A stretch of 45,909 nt of DNA from Verrucomicrobiota bacterium. GTDB taxonomy: Bacteria > Verrucomicrobiota > Verrucomicrobiia > Limisphaerales > CANJSG01. This document shows, piece by piece, positions 26,349-39,931 of this stretch; position 1 is the stretch's first letter, and the number at the start of each line of letters is the position of its first letter. The stretch covers positions 1 through 45,909 of the forward strand of contig JBBQXJ010000035.1 in NCBI GenBank assembly GCA_038209745.1, read 5' to 3'. The notes beneath the pieces are model-generated. The model was not told where the DNA came from. It made no database searches and worked only from the letters and a program-made list of their open reading frames with translations. Position numbers and translations under genes: made by a program.

Positions 26349-27671
26349 TTGAAACAGCCCCGGCACGAAACCCGCATCTACCTGCTCACGCTGGCCTCCG
26401 GCGCTCCGGCCGTCGGACTCGCGCTGGTTCTCCTGTGGACCGGCGAGTTTGCCACGGCCACCGCGAGCCTCCTCTCGGGCCTCATCCTGCTGCTTTGGCT
26501 CACCCTGGCCCACGCCGTCCGCGAGCGGGTGGTTCGACCGTTGCAGACGGCGGCAAATCTGTTGTCCGCGCTGCGGGAAGAGGATTTTTCGCTCCGGGCC
26601 CGCAGTCCCCGGCGCGACGACGCGCTCGGCGAACTGATGCACGAAGCCAACACGCTGAGCCGGACCCTGCGCGACCAGCGGCTGGGCGCCCAGGAAGCCT
26701 CCGCCCTCGTCCGCACCGTGATCAACGAGCTCGACGCCGCGGTCTTCACCTTCGACGAACACGGGCGAGTCCAGTTCGCCAATCCCGCCGCCGAAAGACT
26801 CCTGGCGCGCACGCCGGAACAAGTGCTCGGTCGCGGTGTCTCGGAGCTCGGTCTGGGCGACCTGTTCACCGGCGCACCGATCCGCACCCATTCCGTGAAT
26901 TTCCCCGGAGGCAGCGGCAAGTATGGAATCCGCCGCAGCGCCTTCCGCCAAAACGGACGGCCCCATCAGATGCTCGTGCTGACGGATCTCAGCCGCGCCC
27001 TGCGCGACGAGGAACGCGAGGCCTGGCAGCGGATCGTCCGCGTGATCGGCCACGAGATGAACAACTCGCTCGCGCCCATCAAGTCCATCGCCGGCACCAT
27101 GATCACCATGGTCGCCAAGAGTCCGCGGCCCGAGGATTGGGAGGCCGATCTCCAGAGCGGTCTCGGCATCATCGCCACGCGCGCCGGTTCGCTGAGCCGC
27201 TTCATGGAGGCCTATTCCCGCCTGGCCCGCCTGCCCGCGCCCAAGCGGGAACCGGTCCGCGTGGCGGATTGGATCCAGCACGTCGCCGGACTCGAAACCC
27301 GGCTGAAGGTGGAAACTCTTCCCGGCCCGGAGGTGACCCTCCGAGCCGACGGCGACCAGCTCGACCAGCTGCTGATCAATCTCGTTCGCAACGCGTGTGA
27401 TGCGGCCCTCGAATCGAACCCCAATGGCGGCGTCCTCATCCGTTGGGACTGCCTCGGCGAATTCGTCGAACTCTCGGTGCAGGACGACGGCCCGGGTCTC
27501 GCGAGCTCGGCCAATCTTTTCGTTCCCTTCTTCACCACCAAGCCCGGCGGCTCCGGCATCGGCTTGGCCCTGAGCCGCCAGATCGCCGACGCCCACGGCG
27601 GCAGCCTGACGTTGGAAAACCGCACCGACCGATCGGGCTGCGTGGCCCGGCTCCGTCTGCCGATCGGCTAG
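26349..27671 (+). CDS. Sensor histidine kinase with HAMP/PAS-like region
   Basis: Two TM segments, VIGHEMNNSLAPI H-box, INLVRNA, DDGPG, FVPFFTTK, GSGIGL. Confidence 0.95.
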   Translation: MKQPRHETRIYLLTLASGAPAVGLALVLLWTGEFATATASLLSGLILLLWLTLAHAVRERVVRPLQTAANLLSALREEDFSLRARSPRRDDALGELMHEANTLSRTLRDQRLGAQEASALVRTVINELDAAVFTFDEHGRVQFANPAAERLLARTPEQVLGRGVSELGLGDLFTGAPIRTHSVNFPGGSGKYGIRRSAFRQNGRPHQMLVLTDLSRALRDEEREAWQRIVRVIGHEMNNSLAPIKSIAGTMITMVAKSPRPEDWEADLQSGLGIIATRAGSLSRFMEAYSRLARLPAPKREPVRVADWIQHVAGLETRLKVETLPGPEVTLRADGDQLDQLLINLVRNACDAALESNPNGGVLIRWDCLGEFVELSVQDDGPGLASSANLFVPFFTTKPGGSGIGLALSRQIADAHGGSLTLENRTDRSGCVARLRLPIG

Positions 27672-27679
27672 TTCGAATC

Positions 27680-27717
27680 GTCCCACGGGTGGGATTGGCC
27701 GGTCCCACAGGTGGGAC
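27680..27717. promoter_or_regulatory. Tandem palindromic operator sites (putative enhancer for the NtrC-like regulator)
   Basis: GTCCCACGGGTGGGAT (27680-27695) and GTCCCACAGGTGGGAC (27702-27717), 22-bp period, about 120-155 bp upstream of the -24 element. Confidence 0.75.
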
Positions 27718-27835
27718 GGGTTTTGGTGAAACGGCCGCTCCGGCCCAAACAGATGAGAGAGAAGACGGCCGCAATTTGGTCGTTTTATTGAACTGCCTAG
27801 CTTTATCCCAACTTCAACGGACGCCGGCGGCCCGG

Positions 27836-27851
27836 TGGCACGGACCCTGCA
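27836..27851 (+). promoter_or_regulatory. Sigma-54 (-24/-12) promoter
   Basis: TGGCACGGACCCTGCA: TGGCACG plus GG-N10-GC spacing, upstream of the adaptor gene and next to an enhancer-binding protein gene. Confidence 0.82.
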
Positions 27852-27948
27852 AAGGAGGATCACGCCATGACGCTTCCAAACCATTTCCACAGATCCAAAA
27901 AGAGATCCAGTCCCCGATCCGCGGGTCACGTGTTCAACTAAGAAGACC

Positions 27949-29214
27949 ATGGATCTCGCCCGCCCCGACATCGCCCGCCGCAAGAAACGCCAACGGATCA
28001 TCGGGTCCGTCGTGGCCGTCGTGATTCTAGCCGCCCTCACCGTCGGTTTCTCCCGGCTGAAGCCCGCCGCCCCGAGCGTGGAAAAAGGCTCTGTCTGGAC
28101 CGACATCGTCAAGCGCGGCCAGATGCTCCGCCAGGTTCGCGGCAACGGAACCCTCGTGCCGGAGCAGATCCAGTTCGTGCAGTCCGAGACCGACGGCCGG
28201 GTCGAGCGCATCCTCGTCAAACCCGGAGCCCAGGTCGAAGCCGACACCGTTCTGATGGAGCTCAGCAACGCCGAGCTGAAGCAGGCCGTCTTCGACGCGG
28301 GGTTCGAGGTGAAGATCGGCGAGGCGCAGCTCGTCCGGCTCAAGGTCCAGCTGAAGAGCGACAAGCTTTCGCAGAAAGCCGCGCTCGCCACCTTGAAGTC
28401 GGATGCGGAACAGGGCCGCATCATCGCCGCCGCGGACGAATCGCTTTTCAAAGCCGGACTCATTCCGGCGCTGGTGGCCCGCCAGTCTCGCTCCAAGGCG
28501 GATGATCTCATCGGGCGCGTGGCGATCGAGGAAGAGCGGCTCACGATCGGCGACGATTCGGCCGAAGCCCAGATCGCCGCGTCCGAGGCCACTCTCGACA
28601 AGACCCGCGCGCTGCTGGCTCTGAAGGAACGGCAACTGGCCGCGCTCCACGTCCGGGCCGGCATCGACGGCGTGCTCCAGCAGATCGGCGACGTGCAGAC
28701 CCTCCAGGTCGGCCAACGGGTCAGCCCCAGCGCCACCCTCGCCAAGATCGTCCAGCCGACCCACCTGAAGGCGGAGATCAAGATTCCGGAAACCCAGGCC
28801 AAGGACGTCTTGATCGGCCAACGAGCCGAGATCGACACCCGCAACGGCGTCATTCCCGGCACCGTCGTCCGGGTCGATCCCTCCGTCGTCAACGGCACGG
28901 TCACCGTGGACGTCAAACTGGACGGCCCCCTGCCCCGCGGCGCCCGGCCCGATCTCAGCGTCGACGGCACCATCGAGCTCGAACGCCTCGACGACGTGCT
29001 CTACATCGGCCGGCCGGTGCAGGGCCAGACCGACAGCACCATCGGCTTGTTCAGGCTGGTCGAAGAAGGCCACGCCGCCGTCCGGGTTCCGGTCAAACTG
29101 GGCCGCAGTTCCGTCAGCACCATCGAAGTCCTCCAAGGTCTCGAAGTCGGTGACCAGGTCATCCTCTCAGACATGTCCGCCTGGGACAGCCACGACCGGG
29201 TCCGCCTCAACTGA
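27949..29214 (+). CDS. Periplasmic adaptor subunit (MacA/HlyD family)
   Basis: Basic N-terminus and TM, VKRGQMLRQVRGNGTLVP, GRVERILVKPG lipoyl half, helical hairpin, VKLG..IEVLQGLEVGDQVI. Confidence 0.93.
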   Translation: MDLARPDIARRKKRQRIIGSVVAVVILAALTVGFSRLKPAAPSVEKGSVWTDIVKRGQMLRQVRGNGTLVPEQIQFVQSETDGRVERILVKPGAQVEADTVLMELSNAELKQAVFDAGFEVKIGEAQLVRLKVQLKSDKLSQKAALATLKSDAEQGRIIAAADESLFKAGLIPALVARQSRSKADDLIGRVAIEEERLTIGDDSAEAQIAASEATLDKTRALLALKERQLAALHVRAGIDGVLQQIGDVQTLQVGQRVSPSATLAKIVQPTHLKAEIKIPETQAKDVLIGQRAEIDTRNGVIPGTVVRVDPSVVNGTVTVDVKLDGPLPRGARPDLSVDGTIELERLDDVLYIGRPVQGQTDSTIGLFRLVEEGHAAVRVPVKLGRSSVSTIEVLQGLEVGDQVILSDMSAWDSHDRVRLN

Positions 29215-29232
29215 TCTCCTTTTCCAAAATCC

Positions 29233-29943
29233 ATGAGCAACGAATCCCTCATCCGCCTCGAAGGCATCACCAAGGTCTTCTTCACCGACGAACTGGAGAC
29301 CCACGCCCTCGATGGAATCCACCTCGACATCCGGCGCGGAGAATACATGTCCATCGCCGGCCCCTCCGGCTGCGGCAAGTCCACGCTCCTCTCCATCCTC
29401 GGCCTGCTCGACACGCCGACGGGCGGCACCTACACGCTGAACAACCAGCCCGTCGCAAACCTAGACTTCGCCGCCCGCGCCCGCATCCGGAACAAGGAGA
29501 TCGGCTTCATTTTCCAGAGCTTCAACCTCATCGGCGACCTCACCGTGTTCGAGAATGTCGAGCTCCCCCTGACCTACCGCGGCATGTCCGCTCCCGACCG
29601 GAAAGCCGCCGCCATGGGCGCGCTCGAACGCGTCGGCATGGGCCATCGGACGAAGCATTATCCGTCGCAGCTCTCCGGTGGCCAACAGCAGCGCGTCGCC
29701 GTCGCCCGCGCCTTGGGCGGCAAACCCAGCATCCTCCTCGCGGATGAACCCACGGGAAACCTCGACTCCAAGAACGGCGACGCCGTCATGGCCCTCCTGC
29801 GCGAGCTGCACAAGGAAGGCGCCACCATCTGCATGGTCACGCACGACCCCCGTTTCGCCCGCAGCGCCGACCGCCAGGTCCATCTCTTCGACGGCCGCGT
29901 GGTCGAGGAAAGCGCCGGAGAAGCCGTGGCCAGCGGCCACTAA
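29233..29943 (+). CDS. ABC transporter ATP-binding protein (MacB/LolD-like) 1
   Basis: GPSGCGKS, FIFQSFNL, LSGGQQQRVA, LLADEPTGNLD, VTHD. Confidence 0.96.
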   Translation: MSNESLIRLEGITKVFFTDELETHALDGIHLDIRRGEYMSIAGPSGCGKSTLLSILGLLDTPTGGTYTLNNQPVANLDFAARARIRNKEIGFIFQSFNLIGDLTVFENVELPLTYRGMSAPDRKAAAMGALERVGMGHRTKHYPSQLSGGQQQRVAVARALGGKPSILLADEPTGNLDSKNGDAVMALLRELHKEGATICMVTHDPRFARSADRQVHLFDGRVVEESAGEAVASGH

Positions 29944-30000
29944 CGGGCCGGCTGTTGTTTCCCCAACCCGCAACCGACCACGAACAACCAGCAACCCGCC

Positions 30001-32430
30001 ATGAACGACCTCAAGTTCGCCTTCCGCCAGTTGTTGAAGAACCCCGGCTTCACCGCCGTGGCCGTGCTCACGCTGGCGCTCGGCATCGGAGCGACGACAG
30101 CCATCTTCAGCGTGGTCTATGGCGTGCTGATCAATCCGTATCCCTACGCCCACCCCGAGCTGATCTGGGCACCGGGGGTGCAGAACGCCAAGAACCAGCA
30201 GATCATGCGGCCGTTTCGCAAGGACGAGTTCGACCCGATGGCCGCCTTGCCGGCGTTCTCCGACTTGATGGGAACGTCGCCCGCCGGTGCGTTGCTGACC
30301 GGCGAATTCGCGGCCGAGAACGTGACCGCAGCGCGCCTGACTCAAAACGCGTTCCAGTTCCTGGGAGTGTCGCCGGTGCTGGGGCGGACGTTTGGACCCG
30401 GCGACTTTTCCGCTTCGGGTGAACCGCAACCGGTCACGGTCATCAGCTTCAAGCTCTGGCAACGCCTCTTCGGCGGCGATCCCAAGGCACTCGGCCGGAC
30501 GCTGCGGCTGGACGACCAGGTTTACACCATTGTCGGCGTGATGCCCTCGCGCTTCGGTTGGTGGACGAGCGACGGAGTCTGGTTGCCCATGTCCAGCACG
30601 CCGGGCGATCCCGGCCGCCTCTTTCCCATCGGCCGGCTCAAGCCAGGACTCGATTCTTCGGTGGCGCGACAACAGCTCCAATCGCTCGAGATCGAGCTGG
30701 CGAAGTCCAACCCCGACGGCTTCCCCAAGGAAACCTTCGAGGCGACCTTGACCAACTACCTGGACATCACGGCGGCCAGCGGAGAGATGCAGCGCGCGCT
30801 CCACATGCTTTTGGGCGCGGTCGCGTTTCTCCTGCTGATCGCCTGCGCGAACATCGCGAATCTCCAACTGGCCCGGGCCACCGGCCGGACGAAGGAGATG
30901 GCCATCCGCCTGGCCATCGGCGCGGGGCGAGGCCGGCTCGTCCGGCAACTGTTGACCGAAAGCGTCCTGCTGTCGGGCCTGGGAGGCGCCCTGGGACTCG
31001 CGTTCTCCGTGGCGCTCACCCGGCTGATCGTGGCGCTGATGCCCGACTTCTACGTTCCCAACGAAGCCCGCATCGAGGTCAACGGTCCGGTGCTCCTCTT
31101 CAGCGTGGCAATAGCCCTGGTCGCCGGCGTCGTCTTCGGTCTCGTGCCGGCGTTGCAGGCCACGCGCCCGAACCTGGCGGGTGCGCTGAAGGACGAGCGC
31201 GCGGCGACGGGGCCGGTCCGCGGCGGTGTCCTCCGCTCCACGTTGATCGTGGCCGAAATGGCGCTGTCCGTCGTCCTGCTGATCAGCGCGGGTTTGACCA
31301 TGCGGAGCTTCCTGGCGCTCCAGAACGTGGACCCTGGATTTCGTCCCGAGAACGCGGTCACCGCGGACGTGATGTTGCCGAAGAACCGCTACATGACGCT
31401 GGATCAACGCAACCGCTTCGCCCAGGAATTGCTCGAACGCATCGAACATGTCCCCGGGGTGCTGGCCGCGAACATCGGCAACGGAGGGATGCCTTTCGGT
31501 GGAGCCCAGTCCGGCTATTCGATCGACGGGCAAGCCGGCCCCGATGCCAAGCCGCTCACCTTGAACCTGGTCAGTCCGGGCTACCTGAAAACGCTCGGCA
31601 TCGCTCTTCGCCGTGGCCGCATGCTCGACCTTGACGACATCCGGCGCGGCGACCGGCTCACCGTGATCAACGAGGCAGCGGCGAAACTTTGGCCGGCGGG
31701 CGAAGATCCGATCGGCCGTCAAATCCATTTGGATCTATTGAAAGGATCGTTCGGCCCGGTCCTGATGCCGACCAACGGCGCTCCCGACCTCACGGTCGTC
31801 GGCATCTGCGCCGACACCCGCAACAACGGACTGGCCAGCGAATCCCTCCCGTCGGCGTTCGTTCCCTTCACCGTGGCGGCCCCTCCGGGTCGGACCCTGG
31901 CCGTCCGCTCACACGGCGATCCGGCGGCCCTCTTCAACGTGATTCGCGGAGAAGTGCGCGCCATGGATCCGCTGCTGCCTGTAAGCAACACGACGACGCT
32001 CGGGCGGACGATGTCGGAGCAGACCGCCCAACCCCGGTTCACGATGGCGCTTTTCAGCCTTTTCGCGGCGGTGGGGCTGGCCTTGGCCACCGTGGGACTG
32101 TTCAGCGTGCTGTCCTACCTGGTCACGCGGAGAACCCGGGAAATCGGCGTGCGCATGGCACTGGGCGCGCAGCGCGGCGACGTGCTCCGGCTCGTCCTCA
32201 AAGACGGCGGCCGGCTCGCCGGGCTTGGGATTGTCATCGGCGTGGTCGCCAGCCTCGGCGTCGCCCGCTTCGTCGGCAGCCAGGTGGACCTGTTCCACGT
32301 GAACCCGCTCGACCCCGTTTCGTTTGTGACGGTGATCGTGTTGCTGGGACTGGTCGCATTGGCCGCGTGCTGGTTCCCGGCCCATCGCGCCGCCTCGGTC
32401 AATCCCACGGAAGCGCTCCGCAGCGAATGA
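30001..32430 (+). CDS. Duplicated MacB/FtsX-type ABC permease 1 (ADOP-like)
   Basis: 809 aa; [42 protein letters not shown]-terminal ALRSE; internal duplication. Confidence 0.94.
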   Translation: MNDLKFAFRQLLKNPGFTAVAVLTLALGIGATTAIFSVVYGVLINPYPYAHPELIWAPGVQNAKNQQIMRPFRKDEFDPMAALPAFSDLMGTSPAGALLTGEFAAENVTAARLTQNAFQFLGVSPVLGRTFGPGDFSASGEPQPVTVISFKLWQRLFGGDPKALGRTLRLDDQVYTIVGVMPSRFGWWTSDGVWLPMSSTPGDPGRLFPIGRLKPGLDSSVARQQLQSLEIELAKSNPDGFPKETFEATLTNYLDITAASGEMQRALHMLLGAVAFLLLIACANIANLQLARATGRTKEMAIRLAIGAGRGRLVRQLLTESVLLSGLGGALGLAFSVALTRLIVALMPDFYVPNEARIEVNGPVLLFSVAIALVAGVVFGLVPALQATRPNLAGALKDERAATGPVRGGVLRSTLIVAEMALSVVLLISAGLTMRSFLALQNVDPGFRPENAVTADVMLPKNRYMTLDQRNRFAQELLERIEHVPGVLAANIGNGGMPFGGAQSGYSIDGQAGPDAKPLTLNLVSPGYLKTLGIALRRGRMLDLDDIRRGDRLTVINEAAAKLWPAGEDPIGRQIHLDLLKGSFGPVLMPTNGAPDLTVVGICADTRNNGLASESLPSAFVPFTVAAPPGRTLAVRSHGDPAALFNVIRGEVRAMDPLLPVSNTTTLGRTMSEQTAQPRFTMALFSLFAAVGLALATVGLFSVLSYLVTRRTREIGVRMALGAQRGDVLRLVLKDGGRLAGLGIVIGVVASLGVARFVGSQVDLFHVNPLDPVSFVTVIVLLGLVALAACWFPAHRAASVNPTEALRSE

Positions 32431-32452
32431 ACCTCAAACCAGGCTTTGAATC

Positions 32453-34900
32453 ATGAACGACCTGAAATTTGCCCTCCGCCAGTTGCTGAAGAACCCCGGC
32501 TTCACGGCCGTGGCCGTGCTCACCCTGGCGCTCGGCATCGGAGCGAACACCGCCATCTTCAGCGTCGTGGACAAGCTGCTGATGCGGCCGCTGCCCGTCA
32601 GGGAGCCACAACGGCTGGCCTTGCTTGGACAAGCGCATGACGCCGGCCCCGCAGACTACGACTTCACCTTTCCGACCTTCCGGGACTATCAGCGCCAGAA
32701 CACGGTCTTCAGCCAATTGTCTGCGACGGCGGAAACGAGCGTCGGACTTGGAACCGGCGGGGCAACGGAACGCCAGCGGGCGATGCTCGTCTCGGGAAAC
32801 TACTTCGCCATGCTCGGCGTGAACGCGGCGCTCGGTCGCACCTTCGCGCCGGATGAAGGCGTCGAGATCGACGATGCCCCGGTGGCCGTGCTCAGCCACG
32901 GACTTTGGCAACGGCGCTTTGGCGCGGACCCGCAGGTCATCGGCCGCACCGTCACGGTCAATGGCCATCCGTTCACGGTCATCGGCGTGGCGCCACGCGA
33001 GTTCACCGGCACCACGCGCAGCACGGCACCCGACCTCTATCTGCCCATCACGATGTTCGGGCAGCTCACCAATGATCGCCCCGGTGATGAAAACCCGCTG
33101 GCGTCCCGCTACTACAGCTGGCACGCGATCATGGGCCGGTTGAAGGACGGCGTGACGCCTGCCCAGGCAAAGGCCGCAATGGGTCTGCTCGCCCTGCAGG
33201 CCCATGCCGCAGGAATTCCGAACACTTCCACGAACCTTGTGATCCTGCCCGGGTCACAGGGTTTCACGCACGACCTGCGCGATGCACGGCTGCCGATGAA
33301 CCTGTTGCTGGGCACCTCGGCGCTCGTGCTCCTCATTGCGTGCGCGAATCTGGCGAACCTCCAGCTCGCTCGGGCCACGGGCCGCGCGCGCGAATTCGCC
33401 ATCCGTCTTGCGCTCGGCGCGGGACGCAGGCGCGTCATCCGCGAACTGCTCACCGAAAGCATGCTGCTCGCGTTGGGGGGCGGCCTGCTGGGCATGCTTG
33501 TGGCGGGGTGGCTCGTGGACGTGCTCGGCCGGTTCCGTCCGGCCAATACCAGCTTCGAGATCGGCGGCGGTCTCGATTCGCGGGTGCTGTTGTTCGCCTT
33601 TGGCGCGTCGGTGTTCACGGGAATTCTCTTTGGCCTTGCACCGGCCTGGCGGGCGAGCCGTCCGCAACTCGTGCCGGAACTGAAAGGTGGCGGAGGCACG
33701 ACCGGTTCACGCACCGGCCGATGGAATATCCGCAGCGCGCTGGTCGTGCTGCAGGTCGCGCTGTCGTTGCTGGTGCTCGTGAGCGCGGGCCTGTGCGTGC
33801 GCAGCCTGCAGAATCTCCAGCATCTCGATCCCGGCTTTGAACCGTCGCGCCTGGTCCTGATGTCGTTCGACCTCGGGTTGAACAACTACTCGGGGCCGCA
33901 GGCGAAGGATTTCTACGACCGCCTGCTCGAACGCGTCCGGACGCTGCCCGGTGTCGAGGCGGCCAGTCTCGGGCGAAGCACCCCCCTGGATGGCGACCGG
34001 AGGATGATGAGTGTCCAACGCGTCGAGGGCTACGAGAACCAAGGCCAGGAGCGTCCAGCCGCCGACCTGGACATGGTTTCGCCCGACTTCTTCCGCGCCT
34101 ACGGCGTACCGCTGCTGGCCGGGCGCGACTTCAACGACACGGACGCCGCGAAAGGTGCAAACACCGTCATCATCAACGAAGCTTTCGTGCGCCGCTACTT
34201 GCCGGGACAGGACGCGCTGGGCAAACGGATCTACAACGGCTTCGGCCACGATCCGGACGAGGTGTGGGAGGTCGTCGGCGTCGTGCGAAGCGTCGCGTCG
34301 CGCCAGCTCGACCTGGCGCCGCAGCCGATGATGTTTCGCCCTTTGGTCCAGTGGCCGGACAAGGCTCTGACCTTGTCAGTCCGAACCGGCCTTGAACCCG
34401 TGGGCACCATCGCGTCGCTGCGCGAACTGGTGAAGTCGCTGGATGCGAACGTCCCGGCCTTCGGCGTGCGGACGCTGGCACAACAAAAGGACGTCTCACT
34501 CGCGCTCCAGCGCATGGCGGCGTCGCTGCTGGGCGGCTTCGGTGTGCTTGCGCTGCTGCTGGCGGCGCTCGGCATCTACGGGGTGCTCGCCTATTCGGTC
34601 AGCCGGCGCACCCGCGAGATCGGTGTCCGCATGGCGCTCGGAGCACAGATTGCCGACGTGCTCCGGCTTGTCCTGCGACAGGGACTCGGCCTGGTCGGCG
34701 TTGGTTTGGCTCTGGGCTTGGCCGGTGCGTTCGGCGCGACGCGCCTGCTGCGAGGTTTTCTTTACGAAGTCCAACCGCTCGACCCGCTGACCTTCGTCAG
34801 CGTGGTCGCGCTGCTCGCGATCGTCGCGATGTTCGCCTGCTGGCTTCCCGCACGCCGTGCCGCCCGAGTCGATCCGATGATGGCGTTGAGAACCGAGTGA
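32453..34900 (+). CDS. Duplicated ABC permease 2 (ADOP-like)
   Basis: 815 aa; same motif set; ends [17 protein letters not shown]. Confidence 0.94.
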   Translation: MNDLKFALRQLLKNPGFTAVAVLTLALGIGANTAIFSVVDKLLMRPLPVREPQRLALLGQAHDAGPADYDFTFPTFRDYQRQNTVFSQLSATAETSVGLGTGGATERQRAMLVSGNYFAMLGVNAALGRTFAPDEGVEIDDAPVAVLSHGLWQRRFGADPQVIGRTVTVNGHPFTVIGVAPREFTGTTRSTAPDLYLPITMFGQLTNDRPGDENPLASRYYSWHAIMGRLKDGVTPAQAKAAMGLLALQAHAAGIPNTSTNLVILPGSQGFTHDLRDARLPMNLLLGTSALVLLIACANLANLQLARATGRAREFAIRLALGAGRRRVIRELLTESMLLALGGGLLGMLVAGWLVDVLGRFRPANTSFEIGGGLDSRVLLFAFGASVFTGILFGLAPAWRASRPQLVPELKGGGGTTGSRTGRWNIRSALVVLQVALSLLVLVSAGLCVRSLQNLQHLDPGFEPSRLVLMSFDLGLNNYSGPQAKDFYDRLLERVRTLPGVEAASLGRSTPLDGDRRMMSVQRVEGYENQGQERPAADLDMVSPDFFRAYGVPLLAGRDFNDTDAAKGANTVIINEAFVRRYLPGQDALGKRIYNGFGHDPDEVWEVVGVVRSVASRQLDLAPQPMMFRPLVQWPDKALTLSVRTGLEPVGTIASLRELVKSLDANVPAFGVRTLAQQKDVSLALQRMAASLLGGFGVLALLLAALGIYGVLAYSVSRRTREIGVRMALGAQIADVLRLVLRQGLGLVGVGLALGLAGAFGATRLLRGFLYEVQPLDPLTFVSVVALLAIVAMFACWLPARRAARVDPMMALRTE

Positions 34901-34937
34901 AACCGGGCAACGGACCACAAACGAAGGACAACGGACC
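34830..34937 (+). repeat. 108-bp junction repeat, copy 1
   Basis: 107/108 identical to 37374-37481; covers the permease 2 3' end and most of the spacer. Confidence 0.95.
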
Positions 34938-34945
34938 TCCCAGCC

Positions 34946-37444
<2,499 letters not shown>

Positions 37445-37488
37445 AACCGGGCAACTGACCACAAACGAAGGACAACGGACCACCCACC

Positions 37489-39891
37489 ATGAACGACCTC
37501 AAATTGGCCTTCCGCCAGTTGCTGAAAAACAAGGGCTTCGCGCTGGTCGCCATCCTGATCCTGGGCGTGGGCATGGCGGCGAACACGGCCGTGTTCGGCC
37601 TGGTGGACGCCGCTTTGTATCGTCCGCTGGGTGGCGTGGGGAAACCGGATGAATTGGTGGCGCTGGAGGTGCCGAACAGGGGCGCCACCTTTTCTCGGGA
37701 TTCCCTCGATGTGCTGCGTGAATCCAAGGGAACCTTCCAGGACTTCGCCGGCTATGATCGGGGCTCGACGCTGCTCTTCGCCGGCAACGCGCAGACCCGG
37801 GTCCAGACCGAGTTCGTCTCGGGAAACTTCTTCACCCTGCTCGGGGTGAAACCCTTCCTGGGGCGGTTGCTCGACGAATCGGACCGGAGCGCGCCGTTGG
37901 TTGTCATCAGCCATCGCCTGTGGCGCACGCGCTTCGACTCCGCTCGGGACATTGTGGGGCACAAGCTGGAGGTCAACGGGGAGCCGTTCACCATCGTCGG
38001 CGTCGCCGACGACGGGTTCGGAGGGATGCAGCCGCTGGCGCCGGTGAGCGCCTGGCTCTCCTGCGAGCTGCCCAAGCCGCACCTTCCCGACTGGAACCAG
38101 AAACGCTCCACCCGATGGCTGGCCGTCTTCGGCCGGATGAAGCCAGGAGTCGCCCTCGCGGCGGCCCGTGATTCCTTGTTGCCGTTGCAATCGCAGGTGC
38201 TCGAACCGTGGATGCTCCAGAACAATGGCTCCCTCCAGGCCACACCCTGCGGCCGTGGGGCGATACCGGGCGCCAGCGGACAAAGCGGTGTGCGGCTGAT
38301 CTCGTTGTTCCTCTTCACCGTGGTGGTGCTGGTGCTGGCGGTGGCGTGTGCGAACCTCGCAAGCCTGTTGTTGAGCCGGGGATTGAACCGCCGGCGCGAG
38401 ATCGCCATCCGCATGGCGCTGGGCGCCCCTCGTTGGCTATTGATCCGGCAGCTCCTCGTCGAGACGCTCCTGTTGTCCCTCATGGGCGGACTGGGCGGGC
38501 TGGTGCTCTCCACCTGGGGTGTCCGTCTGGCCACCTTGGCACTGCCCAAGATCTCGCGGAGCTACGACATCGATCTCTCTCTGCGCTACGACTGGCGCAT
38601 CATCGGCTTCACTCTCGCGGCCTCGTTGTTGGTGGCCTTGGTCTGCGGCTTGATCCCGGCCTGGCGCGGCACCCAGGTGGACTGCCAAGCGGCCTTGAAG
38701 GATGAAACCCTCGGGATCGGACCGAGGCGGCGGTGGTTCGAGCTGCGGAACCTTCTGATCGTGTCGCAGGTCGCCGTCTCCGTGGCGCTGCTGGTCGGGG
38801 GCGGGGTGATGCTGCGAAGCCTGAGTCAGATCCAGAACCAGAAATTCGCCTTCGACTACGACCACTGCGTCGTCACCGCCCTCTGGGACAAGGACGCGGC
38901 CACGTCGGACGCCGAACACGCGCGTATGCGCCGCGAGTTGCTGGAGTCCGCCCGGACGCTTCCCGGCGTGACCACCGCTGCGTTGGGCAACCATCCGCCC
39001 TTGGTCATGGGGACCAGGAGCACGTCGGTTTCCGATCCGCAGAACGGCAATTCTTCGGAGGCTTTGATCGGCGTGGTGACGCCGGGATTCTTCGAGACGT
39101 TGAAGATCCCCGTGGTTCTCGGCCGAGACTTCTCCGTGCGGGATGTCGGCCATTCGAACGATGTCGTGGTCGTGAATGAGTCGCTCGCGGCCAACCTGTG
39201 GCCCGGCCAGAATCCGCTGGGGCGCTCCATCCACTACGACCGCGACACTGACTATCAAGTGATCGGGGTGGTGCGGGACGCCTGCTACTGGTCCGCGACG
39301 GACACCACGAGACCGGGGTTCTATCTTTGCGAGGGCGAACTGACCCGGGACGGCGGGGGCTACCTGATCGTCCGAACCGCCCAGGACACCCGTCCGTTGC
39401 GGGGGCTGGTGGCTTCCCTCGTTCGCCGGGCGGACCCCGGACATGAACAGCCCTACGTCGCGGACTATGCCGACTTCGTCGCGGTGGGGCTGATCGCCCA
39501 GCGGACCGCCGCCTGGGTGCTGGGGCTGGCCTCGGCCATCGGTCTGGCGCTGGTCGCAGCGGGACTCTACGGCGTGTTGAGCTACCACATCGCGCAACGC
39601 ACCCGCGAGATCGGCATCCGGATGGCGCTCGGGGCGGGCCGAGGTCATGTGATGCGCAGCATGTTGTGGCGCGGCATCTCGCTGGTCGCCATCGGACTGG
39701 TCATCGGAAGCGCCGTCGGCGTGTTCGGGGCGAGCCACATGGACAAGGTGCTGTTCAAGACATCGCCGGCCGATCCAGCGACTCTTCTCGGTGTCTGTGT
39801 GTTGATGACCGGAGCCGCCCTGCTGGCCTGCTGGCTGCCCGCACGCCGTGCCGCCCGAGTCGATCCGATGGTGGCATTGAGATCCGAATGA
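37489..39891 (+). CDS. Duplicated ABC permease 4 (ADOP-like)
   Basis: 800 aa; [14 protein letters not shown] start, VACANLASLL, RTREIGIRMALGA, ends VDPMVALRSE. Confidence 0.94.
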   Translation: MNDLKLAFRQLLKNKGFALVAILILGVGMAANTAVFGLVDAALYRPLGGVGKPDELVALEVPNRGATFSRDSLDVLRESKGTFQDFAGYDRGSTLLFAGNAQTRVQTEFVSGNFFTLLGVKPFLGRLLDESDRSAPLVVISHRLWRTRFDSARDIVGHKLEVNGEPFTIVGVADDGFGGMQPLAPVSAWLSCELPKPHLPDWNQKRSTRWLAVFGRMKPGVALAAARDSLLPLQSQVLEPWMLQNNGSLQATPCGRGAIPGASGQSGVRLISLFLFTVVVLVLAVACANLASLLLSRGLNRRREIAIRMALGAPRWLLIRQLLVETLLLSLMGGLGGLVLSTWGVRLATLALPKISRSYDIDLSLRYDWRIIGFTLAASLLVALVCGLIPAWRGTQVDCQAALKDETLGIGPRRRWFELRNLLIVSQVAVSVALLVGGGVMLRSLSQIQNQKFAFDYDHCVVTALWDKDAATSDAEHARMRRELLESARTLPGVTTAALGNHPPLVMGTRSTSVSDPQNGNSSEALIGVVTPGFFETLKIPVVLGRDFSVRDVGHSNDVVVVNESLAANLWPGQNPLGRSIHYDRDTDYQVIGVVRDACYWSATDTTRPGFYLCEGELTRDGGGYLIVRTAQDTRPLRGLVASLVRRADPGHEQPYVADYADFVAVGLIAQRTAAWVLGLASAIGLALVAAGLYGVLSYHIAQRTREIGIRMALGAGRGHVMRSMLWRGISLVAIGLVIGSAVGVFGASHMDKVLFKTSPADPATLLGVCVLMTGAALLACWLPARRAARVDPMVALRSE

Positions 39892-39931
39892 CGCCCCGCA
39901 ACGGACCCCTGACAACTTCCCCCCATCCCCA

